From a virus (taxonomy: Duplodnaviria > Caudoviricetes), in the IMG/VR virus record IMGVR_UViG_3300036836_000002, positions 1 through 43,960 of that record: a stretch of DNA of 43,960 nucleotides. The stretch is one strand, 5' to 3'. The translations under genes and the position numbers were made by a program. How positions within the stretch are numbered: the first letter of the stretch is position 1; every line of letters begins with the position of its first letter. Of the stretch, positions 9,796-16,610 are shown piece after piece. The notes under the pieces are model-generated. The model did not search any database, had not been told where the DNA came from, and was given only the letters and a program-made list of their open reading frames with translations.

Positions 9796-10007
9796 GCGCC
9801 TAGTTTGCGGCTACGCACCTGACACCAGCATTCGCGGTGATAAAGCGTTCCGGCGAGTGTGACGATGAAGTTATCCGCGCGAGCAATGCGGCCCTGGCAG
9901 GAAGGCAGCGAGCAATCGCCGACCTTCTCATCACCGAACGGCGTGCCGAGCTTCGGGCGTGCCGCATCAGCCTTGGCCTGGTCGACGCGGGGGCGTTGAT
10001 AACTCAT
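9792..10007 (-). CDS. Small putative zinc-binding protein
   Basis: C-x4-C ... H-x2-C pattern. Converges on the upstream gene stop. RBS is weak. Confidence 0.4.
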   Translation of the reverse strand: MSYQRPRVDQAKADAARPKLGTPFGDEKVGDCSLPSCQGRIARADNFIVTLAGTLYHRECWCQVRSRKLGA

Positions 10008-10091
10008 TTGTCTACGGATCCACTACGAGCTGAATGCTGAAGATCGCGACGCATATCCAAAACAGATAAATCATTGCGCTGTCTCCCGATA

Positions 10092-10121
10092 TAGAAACGC
10101 CGGCAACCGAAGCTGCCGGCG
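10092..10121 (-). terminator. Intrinsic terminator after the porin gene
   Basis: CGCCGGCAGC-TTCG-GTTGCCGGCG-TTTCT: 10-bp stem with cUUCGg loop. Confidence 0.8.
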
Positions 10122-10144
10122 CTACGCAACACTTTCCGCTTGCC

Positions 10145-10993
10145 TCAGAACCGACGATTCACACCGATCTTGACGACGTTCATCGTCACATCGGCATCGT
10201 GTTTATATGCGATCAGGCCGCCGTAAACGGTGCCGCGGCTCTCGACCTCGCCAAGGTCATGATAGGTGTATTCGGCGAATGCATTCCAGTCGCCGAGCTC
10301 GAAATCGACACCGGCGCCGATGTGGTAGCCGACTGCCGTCTTGCTGTTCGATGCTTGCCAGGGCAACGCGCCGTTGAATTCCTTGTCGCAGATTTCACCG
10401 GACAAGGAACCGTTTGCGTTCACATCGATGTCAGAAACCGAGAGACCTCCGATCCCGTACACGCCGACGTTCTCGGTAACGGCAACGCCGAGTTTCCAGG
10501 AAGCGGTTGCCAGGAAGTCGGACGAAACCGACAGCTTACCATTGTGCTGAGCGCTGAAATGTTGACGATCGGCGATCACGTCGACGCGCTTCATGTCCGC
10601 TTCGAGCTCGCCGAAATCGACGGCGAAACGCGGGCCGGTGTAGATCCGACCAAAGCGCCACTGGTGACCGACTTGGGCGCCGAATCGGAACGCCTGGTCG
10701 TTGAGGTCGTTCATGCGACCGTTGCCGAAAATATCGAGGTCGAGCGGCGCATAAGTGAATTCGCCGTCTTTGGTGATGCCGTCGATTACACTCAGGCTTC
10801 CCCCGTGCTCGACGTCGAGCGACTGCCAGGAAACGCTAACGCCGGCATAGGCGCCAGAGAAGGCGGTTGATGGCTGCTCGCTTGGCAGCACGTGCGCCGG
10901 CGTATCCTTAGAGCTCGGCCGGATGTCGGCGGCGTGCGACTTGGCCGCCGCCACGCCCAGCAGGGCGATCAGGATTGCGATGAAAATGCGCAT
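10145..10993 (-). CDS. Outer-membrane beta-barrel protein, Omp25/RopB-like
   Basis: Signal peptide ending 'SHA-AD', 'FSGAYAG', 'GAQVGHQW', 'GYHIGAGVDF', 'FAEYTYHDLG', and 'VKIGVNRRF' with terminal Phe (BAM signal). Confidence 0.88.
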   Translation of the reverse strand: MRIFIAILIALLGVAAAKSHAADIRPSSKDTPAHVLPSEQPSTAFSGAYAGVSVSWQSLDVEHGGSLSVIDGITKDGEFTYAPLDLDIFGNGRMNDLNDQAFRFGAQVGHQWRFGRIYTGPRFAVDFGELEADMKRVDVIADRQHFSAQHNGKLSVSSDFLATASWKLGVAVTENVGVYGIGGLSVSDIDVNANGSLSGEICDKEFNGALPWQASNSKTAVGYHIGAGVDFELGDWNAFAEYTYHDLGEVESRGTVYGGLIAYKHDADVTMNVVKIGVNRRF

Positions 10994-11017
10994 GTGAGGT
11001 ATCCCCAGTTAGGTTTT

Positions 11018-11090
11018 TGGTGGAGGCACAGGGAATCGAACCCCGGTCACCGCTCCAAAGAGCGTCGCTCTGCCACTGAGCTATACCCCC
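11018..11090 (-). tRNA. Atypical tRNA-like RNA: Ala-type acceptor stem, abnormal anticodon arm
   Basis: GGGGGTA TA GCTC AGTGGCA GAGC GA CGCTC TTTG GAGCG GTGAC CGGGG TTCGATT CCCTG TGCCTCC A CCA (73 nt). Acceptor, D and T arms pair and CCA is encoded. Confidence 0.85.
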
Positions 11091-11198
11091 GTCTGCGCAT
11101 TCCCATTGCCCAGATCTGACGATTCCCGTCTAGCGAAATTGCCTTATCGCACCGCAGATGTCAGACTTCGCGTGTTGTTTCAGCCACAGGAGGAGAGT

Positions 11199-11777
11199 GT
11201 GAACGATTTGCTATTCGCCGTTCAGAAGCGTTTGCTTGAGCTTGGTTTTGATCCCGGGCCACTTGATGGCATATGGGGCGACCAGACCTGCAAGGCCATC
11301 GCTGCGCAGCTGGGCATCAAGAGAGCGCTGAAGCCGGCGAGCGATGCTGTCGAGGCCCCGTGGATGGCGATGGCGCGCGCTGCGATCGGTAAGAAGGAAG
11401 TGCCGGGGCCGATGAGTAATCCCGATATCCTGCGCTATTACGCGGACGCAGGCGTGCCGCAAGATAGCGATGAGGTGCCTTGGTGTTCTGCTTTCTGCGG
11501 GGCGATGCTGAAAGAAGCTGGATATCAGCCAAGCGGCTCTCTGATGGCGCGCAGCTATCTTTCGTGGGGGCAGAAGCTTGACAAGCCCAGGAAGGGATGC
11601 GTCGTTGTTTTGAAGCGCGGTGCGGCACCCTCGGGCCATGTTGCATTTGCAGAAACTTGGACTGGCGCAACAATCCGCCTTCTCGGCGGCAATCAGGGGA
11701 ACTCAGTGAGCATTGCAAGTTTTTCCCGGGCAGCTGTGCTCGGCTATAGATGGCCCGATAAGGCTTTGGCGGCATGA
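11199..11777 (+). CDS. Endolysin: short peptidoglycan-binding domain plus TIGR02594/NlpC-P60-like peptidase
   Basis: 'VQKRLLELGFDPGPLDGIWG', 'DEVPWCSAF', 'ARSYLSWG', 'GHVAF', 'LGGNQGNSV'. GTG start after GGAGGAG. Confidence 0.9.
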   Translation: MNDLLFAVQKRLLELGFDPGPLDGIWGDQTCKAIAAQLGIKRALKPASDAVEAPWMAMARAAIGKKEVPGPMSNPDILRYYADAGVPQDSDEVPWCSAFCGAMLKEAGYQPSGSLMARSYLSWGQKLDKPRKGCVVVLKRGAAPSGHVAFAETWTGATIRLLGGNQGNSVSIASFSRAAVLGYRWPDKALAA

Positions 11778-12115
11778 GGGAGGTCCAAACCGTGGCAAAT
11801 GGCGCCCTGCAACACCCGGCTGCAACTGAAGCCCCGGTGGTAACGGTCAATCAGATCAATCTGAGCGGAAAGCAGATTCTCGCCATATTCGGAGGTGTCT
11901 GCTCTGCGATCGTATCTCTATATGGCAGCGGTTGGCTCTTCCGTCCGGCTAAGGATGCCGATCTGCAAGCGCTTACGCAAATCGTGCAAAAGCTGCAGGC
12001 TGAAAGCGACAAGTCAATTAATCGATTGACTGTGGCAATAGATAATTTGTCCGGTCTCGTCGCCGAGATTAAGAATCAGAAGCAACGCGTGATAATTCAA
12101 AAATCTTTGAGATAA
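11774..12115 (+). CDS. Membrane protein in the lysis cassette (holin/antiholin candidate)
   Basis: One hydrophobic helix followed by a coiled coil. ATGA overlap with the endolysin. Alternative GTG start at 11792 after GGAGG. Confidence 0.55.
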   Translation: MREVQTVANGALQHPAATEAPVVTVNQINLSGKQILAIFGGVCSAIVSLYGSGWLFRPAKDADLQALTQIVQKLQAESDKSINRLTVAIDNLSGLVAEIKNQKQRVIIQKSLR

Positions 12116-12444
12116 TATCCTTGCCTCGCCCCGCCCAACCACGCCCCGCTTCGCCAGGCCGGGCCCCACCCTGAAAATCGCCTAATTATCCCTGCCCTGG
12201 CTTGCCCCGCCGGGCCACGCCTAGCCAAGCATCGCCACGCCCCGCCTAAATTTACTAAGTGTCCTTGCCCAGCCTCGCCAGGCCCCGCCCATCCGGTCCC
12301 CGGAAATCTGTAAAATGTCCCTGCCTCGCCACGCCATGCCAGGGCGAGCCATGCCCGGCCATGCCATGAAAATCAACTAACTATCCCTGCCATGCCGGGC
12401 CACGCCTGGCCGCGCCAGGCCCAGGCCGGGCTCGCCGCGCCACG
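12116..12444 (-). ncRNA. Array of five (GGY-NN)n pentamer units, putative guide RNAs
   Basis: Five units of 11, 9, 7, 11 and 10 triplets at strict 5-nt period. Each ends GGC-AR-GGAYA. Units are separated by 11-14 nt AU-rich linkers. The array begins right after the stop of 12445..12888. Confidence 0.85.
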
Positions 12445-12888
12445 TTAGCCAAGTCGATCGGGCTTCCGCTTCATTAGCAACTGTTTCAGTCCCTGCGCGC
12501 GGTTTTCCGCATCGGTAAGTTGCTGGCGCTGCTCGACCGTCAGGCGACTGCGATTGGTCGCCTTGGCGATCGCTTCCTGCTCACGAAACGCCGCAGCAAT
12601 GCCTGAGTTGAGCCTGCGTACCATCACTGCTGCGTGCTGCTCGGGGGGCAGGATCTGATATCCTGTCTCGATCTTGAAGAGCACCATCATGTGATCTTCC
12701 CGAAGCGTTTCATGAATGCGATCCATCAGACGAGCATAGCGCTGTGTGGCCGCATTGCTATCTAGTCCAGGATCATAGCTCGCCTGATCGTAGAACCATT
12801 CCGAGGCGATGAAATCACCATAGGTGAAACGCGATGTCAGATTGGCTATGATCGTTGCCACGCTGTTGAATGCCTGATCCATGGTCAC
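12445..12888 (-). CDS. Accessory protein of the RAMP/array locus (possible winged-helix plus coiled coil)
   Basis: GTGA overlap with the RAMP gene. 'FTYGDFI...W', 'TGYQILPPEQH', helical C-terminus. Confidence 0.7.
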   Translation of the reverse strand: MTMDQAFNSVATIIANLTSRFTYGDFIASEWFYDQASYDPGLDSNAATQRYARLMDRIHETLREDHMMVLFKIETGYQILPPEQHAAVMVRRLNSGIAAAFREQEAIAKATNRSRLTVEQRQQLTDAENRAQGLKQLLMKRKPDRLG

Positions 12889-13451
12889 GCCTCGACGATG
12901 AAGCGGCCGAACCTAGGGCGAAAATCACCTATGCCGATGGCCTCGCCAGCGCGGATCATGCAGCGCAGTATTTGCGCTGAATCGAGGGCGGTTTCGTCAT
13001 AGGCGATGGTGGGGCTAATGCTCCATCCGACGGGGAACTTAGGGCGCGTGCGCAGCGTCTTAGACATCTGCACTTTCACCATGCGCTGATCAAAGAATCC
13101 GGCTTTCCAGAGCCCAGGAATATCGCGCGGTCCTTTGTATTCCAGCTTCAGGCGATCTTCTTCGACCTGCGCATAAGCCTTGAAGGCTGTGCCCAGCTTC
13201 TCCTTCTTAGCACTGTCGAGAAGCGCGCGCTCAACGGCCATCCCGGGGATATAGGGGCCTATGTCCGGATCGAAATAAAGGCCGCCCTTGAATTCGATCT
13301 GAGCAAGCTGCTCGAAATCGTCTTCTGACTTGCCGCGCTTTTTGGAGATTGTCGCCATCTCTCTGGCGACTGCGGACATAGGATTCGCGAGCTGCTCGCT
13401 ATGTTGCAATAGCTCACGCGTTCCGATAAGTTTCAGCGATAGGCGCTTCAC
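12885..13451 (-). CDS. Solo Cas7/RAMP-like RNA-binding protein
   Basis: First strand 'LSLKLIGTRELLQH', 'PYIPGMAVERALLDSA' (cf. RAMP 'IPGSSLKGALR'), and C-terminal Gly-rich loop 'GIGDFRPRFGRF'. Start is GTG 13451 (GGAG 6 nt upstream) or ATG 13463. Confidence 0.8.
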   Translation of the reverse strand: MKRLSLKLIGTRELLQHSEQLANPMSAVAREMATISKKRGKSEDDFEQLAQIEFKGGLYFDPDIGPYIPGMAVERALLDSAKKEKLGTAFKAYAQVEEDRLKLEYKGPRDIPGLWKAGFFDQRMVKVQMSKTLRTRPKFPVGWSISPTIAYDETALDSAQILRCMIRAGEAIGIGDFRPRFGRFIVEA

Positions 13452-13487
13452 ATCTGACTCCATGGTTTGTCGTCTCAGCAACGCAAA

Positions 13488-13540
13488 CCTGCCCGATGTG
13501 AGGCGCCTTTGTCAATTCATACATGTCATACATGGTATGA
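13488..13540 (-). promoter_or_regulatory. Promoter and operator-like repeat for the RAMP operon
   Basis: Minus-strand TTGACA at 13516-13511 with tandem CATGTATGA-CATGTATGA just upstream. The -10 element is not clear. Confidence 0.55.
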
Positions 13541-13927
13541 TCAGTCTGGCCACTTCATGCCTAGAGAGTTGCAATATGTTTGCAACAATCCGAGGCGATA
13601 GGCGTAATCATCCATGGCGCGCAGCTTGATCACATCCTTGATCACCGCAGTGTCGAAGCCGCTGCCCTTCGCCTCGGCAAGGATTTCGGTGACGTCGCCC
13701 TGCAGGCCTTTGATTTCCTCTTTCAGGCGCTCGACGCGCTCGATATAGGAACGCAGCTTCGCGACCGTCTTGGTGTCAAGCATGTCACCCTGCGCGTTCG
13801 CGTCATCGACGGCCTTCTGCATGATGGCATCGACGACTCGAGTCGCGGCGTCGCCGAGCAGTTCGCCGCGCTCCTCATCAGAAACGCGCTCATGCTCGGC
13901 CTGGTCTTTCAGCTTAAGCTTTTTCAT
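13541..13927 (-). CDS. gapR: GapR/DUF2312 nucleoid-associated protein homologue
   Basis: 'KLRSYIERVERLKEEIKGLQGDVTEILAEAKGSGFDTAVIKDVIKLRAMD'. Confidence 0.9.
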   Translation of the reverse strand: MKKLKLKDQAEHERVSDEERGELLGDAATRVVDAIMQKAVDDANAQGDMLDTKTVAKLRSYIERVERLKEEIKGLQGDVTEILAEAKGSGFDTAVIKDVIKLRAMDDYAYRLGLLQTYCNSLGMKWPD

Positions 13928-14141
13928 CCGACTCCCCTAAATCCACGATGGCATACCCCGCGGCGCCGATCGTCGTGATTGCCATTTTCTTGAGAAACCC
14001 GCGCATGCTGCACGGGAGCATGTGCGTCTCGCCGTCGATCGTCAGCGCCATCAGGCCGCCAGCTTGCTCGGCCAGTTTGATGACATGCTGCAGATTGAGA
14101 AGGCAATCGCTGTCGCCGTCGTCGAAGCGCAGGAAGATCAT
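13914..14141 (-). CDS. Hypothetical protein
   Basis: In the leftward operon, with an AAGGGG RBS and overlap with the next gene. Confidence 0.6.
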   Translation of the reverse strand: MIFLRFDDGDSDCLLNLQHVIKLAEQAGGLMALTIDGETHMLPCSMRGFLKKMAITTIGAAGYAIVDLGESDEKA

Positions 14142-14196
14142 TGCAGCCCCTTGGTGTGAGAATGGCGGCGAGGGCCGAAACCCTGCCGCCTGGTGT

Positions 14197-14478
14197 TTAC
14201 TCGACGATGAACCAGTCTTCGGCGAGCGTATCGCTTCCGCTCGGCGACCAGCCCATCATGATGGAGCCATCCGCCGTCTTGAGTGTCATCGACGGGCGCA
14301 CATCTGCGAAGCCGCCGTTTTGCTCTGCATAGTCGCGGTTTGCGCCAGCCCAAAAGGACGAAGCTGGCAAGGCTTCACAGCCGGGCGAATATGCCGCCCA
14401 CATGCCAAAGCCGTTCCATCCATGGCGAGCAACGCGCTTGCCCGCCTTCATCGCCGCCACGGCGCCGCCGATATCCAT
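14197..14478 (-). CDS. DUF2829 protein (Tad2-like anti-Thoeris sponge family)
   Basis: 'AVAAMKAGKRVARHGWNG.GMW ... GWSPSGSDTLAEDWFIVE'. Confidence 0.88.
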   Translation of the reverse strand: MDIGGAVAAMKAGKRVARHGWNGFGMWAAYSPGCEALPASSFWAGANRDYAEQNGGFADVRPSMTLKTADGSIMMGWSPSGSDTLAEDWFIVE

Positions 14479-14789
14479 TATTCGGCGTCCTTCGGCTCGG
14501 CCGCGGGAATGATGCCGGCCTGCTCGGCCTTCAGCATCAGTTCCGCGTGCACTTCCATGACGCGCTGAGCGAATGAGCCGGGTGCTTGATCCGGCTTCAT
14601 CTCGATGCGGATGCCGTGCACCAGGGCGCGGAACACATCCACCGCGATGTCCTGGCGATAGGCATCGGCATCAGACGAAGTAGGGGCATCCATCCCCCGC
14701 GTCGACGGCGCCTGCGCGAGCTCTGCCACGTCGCTGGCCATTTCCTCGGCCGGCTCGCTTGGCTGGCTGCTGCTTTTCTGCTTTGCCAA
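14478..14789 (-). CDS. Hypothetical protein
   Basis: TTG start after AAGGAGG. TAATG coupling to DUF2829. Overlaps the RusA tail. Confidence 0.65.
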   Translation of the reverse strand: MAKQKSSSQPSEPAEEMASDVAELAQAPSTRGMDAPTSSDADAYRQDIAVDVFRALVHGIRIEMKPDQAPGSFAQRVMEVHAELMLKAEQAGIIPAAEPKDAE

Positions 14790-15240
14790 TGGGTTCCTCC
14801 TTTTCTGGCAAGGCTTCAATCATGATCATAGCCCCGGTTGCCTCGCCCGGTTCCGCATAGCGCTTCAGCATTGGGCCGTACTCGGCAACGCGGCTGTCAT
14901 CAGCCCATATCCCGGCCGTCGTGATGGCGTCCTCGGTTGAGCGTATGAGCTTGGACAGGTCTGGCGCCTTGACGTGGTGCGGCGTCGGTTTCTTTGCTGA
15001 CATGGCTTTCGGGCGCGGCATGACGAAGACCACCGTCAGCCTGACGGCCGCGTCGCCGAAGCGATCTGTCGTTCCGGCAAGCAGCTGAGCCGCAACGCTG
15101 TCGCGCCACGGCCCCACTTTCTTCGAGCTCTCCACCAAAATGCCGCCCATGCGCCCGTCTTTGCGCTTGAAAGTCCCCTTGAAGGACTTCGATCCCTGAG
15201 GCGCAGGCAGGCCGGTGACAAAATGGTAGAGAAACGGCAT
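14671..15240 (-). CDS. rusA: RusA-family Holliday junction resolvase
   Basis: 'GLPAPQGSK', 'FVMPRPK', 'PDLSKLIRSTEDAIT.AGIWADDSRV..KRY'. Confidence 0.9.
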   Translation of the reverse strand: MPFLYHFVTGLPAPQGSKSFKGTFKRKDGRMGGILVESSKKVGPWRDSVAAQLLAGTTDRFGDAAVRLTVVFVMPRPKAMSAKKPTPHHVKAPDLSKLIRSTEDAITTAGIWADDSRVAEYGPMLKRYAEPGEATGAMIMIEALPEKEEPIGKAEKQQPAKRAGRGNGQRRGRARAGAVDAGDGCPYFV

Positions 15241-16610
15241 TAGGCGAACTGACTGTCGATCATCCGCGACAGCATCGCCTCGCTTGCGTCGACATCGCGC
15301 GGCGCGTTGCCGATATCGACCGTCTTCTGGAAAGCGTCATATCCGTTGATCCAGGCCTGCGCGACATCCTGGCTGGTGATGGTGCGCGGCGGGACTCGAG
15401 TCTTGCTGCTCGCTCGGCTGCGCCATCCGTCGCGGAAGGCCTCGACCTCTGGTTCATCCTGGTCGGCGGTTTCGCGGCCGAATTCCGGTTCTGGCGCCGG
15501 GTCCTCGCGCTGCTCGTCCTCATAGGCGTAATCGCGGCCTTCGTCATGAGACTGTGCCACAGCTGCAGATGAGGCCGAGGAAGTATGCTGCGCCTGGGAA
15601 GCGGGCGCTTGCGACGGCGCGTCTGTCTTGGCGCCCGCAGCGGGGGCAGGGCGGCCGTTTCCCTCCCGCCCTGCATTCGCCTCGGCCAATCGCTCATCAG
15701 CCGTCTTGCGCTTCCTGGCGGGCTTGGGCGCGGCAGGCGCGGCCGCCGGCTGCTCGACGCCCAGCGCCTGCCGATCCTCCTCGGCATCCAGGGCCGAGCT
15801 CTCGACGGCCTCGGCGAGGCGCCGCCTGGCCGCATCCTGCACAGACATCGCCGGCGCCGGCAGCGCGGCCGCTACGGGCCCGCGATCGAGCGCAAGCGTG
15901 TCCTCGGCCTCATCCAGCGCACGGATCGCGCCCATGAAGCGCTCGCGCTGCAGGTCATCCTTGGCCTTGGGAAGCGCCTTGGAATGCTGGCGAAGGCAGG
16001 TCTTTTTGACCATCTCCTCGTAATCCGTCACCCATGGCCCCTTGTCCGCCGATCGCGAGCGCTTGCGGATCTTCTCGACCGCATCAATGCGCATGACGTG
16101 ACGAGACATAACGCTGCCGTCGAGCCCATAGGCGATCGAATAGACCTTCACGATGCGGTCGTCGTCGAGATATTCGGGGATATGCTCGAGCATCTCGACG
16201 TCGCCATCGATGTGGCGGAAATGGTCCTGGCTGTAGACCAGGCGCACCTTCCATTCCTTCACCATGCCGGAGCGGCGCACCAGGTCGCGGATGCCGGCGA
16301 CCATCGGCATGGGCTTGGCCTGCTTTTCCCAGCGGTCCGGCTCGTTTCTCTTGCTGACCTTGACGTTGTAGACGACGAGCGCCGCGTCGACGCCATCCGG
16401 CTGCAGGCCGATTTCGGCCAGCTTCGTGCAGGATGCGACCAGGCTGCGCGTCGTGCACTCCTGCAGCTCCGGATTATTCTGGATGGCGGTCTGCGCCACG
16501 CGGATGAAAGCCGCTGGCTCGATATGCGCCGGCAGCACGGCGCGCAGCTCCGGCGTCATCTTGTCGAGCGTCTGCCGCACGCCCTGAACGATTGTGATTT
16601 CCTGTCCCAT
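15240..16610 (-). CDS. recT: RecT-family single-strand annealing protein with long C-terminal extension
   Basis: 'LPAHIEPAAFIRVA..NPELQECT..SL', 'GLQPD', 'GPWVTDYEEMVKKTCLR..KALP'. Confidence 0.9.
   Translation of the reverse strand: MGQEITIVQGVRQTLDKMTPELRAVLPAHIEPAAFIRVAQTAIQNNPELQECTTRSLVASCTKLAEIGLQPDGVDAALVVYNVKVSKRNEPDRWEKQAKPMPMVAGIRDLVRRSGMVKEWKVRLVYSQDHFRHIDGDVEMLEHIPEYLDDDRIVKVYSIAYGLDGSVMSRHVMRIDAVEKIRKRSRSADKGPWVTDYEEMVKKTCLRQHSKALPKAKDDLQRERFMGAIRALDEAEDTLALDRGPVAAALPAPAMSVQDAARRRLAEAVESSALDAEEDRQALGVEQPAAAPAAPKPARKRKTADERLAEANAGREGNGRPAPAAGAKTDAPSQAPASQAQHTSSASSAAVAQSHDEGRDYAYEDEQREDPAPEPEFGRETADQDEPEVEAFRDGWRSRASSKTRVPPRTITSQDVAQAWINGYDAFQKTVDIGNAPRDVDASEAMLSRMIDSQFA

Noticed and set aside
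11018-11090. Ordinary tRNA-Gln(TTG)
   Set aside because: A 7-nt loop centred on TTG leaves the anticodon stem mispaired, and the acceptor stem carries Ala determinants.
11106-11198. Extended 5' ends given in the ORF track (endolysin, also 17751, 18662, 19461, 21812, 26052, 26357, 35688)
   Set aside because: Downstream starts have RBSs or stop/start coupling, so coordinates were trimmed.
12116-12444. CRISPR array, simple microsatellite or coding repeat
   Set aside because: There are no identical 23-50 bp repeats with unique spacers. Variation is confined to two of every five bases, with punctuating linkers, which slippage would not produce. No ORF spans it in the track.
13425-13451. Array unit 2 matching the start of the RAMP gene itself
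   Set aside because: Only 11/18 bases match, which is not significant.
14138-14353. 71-aa minus-strand ORF
   Set aside because: Mostly overlaps the well-supported DUF2829 gene in another frame.
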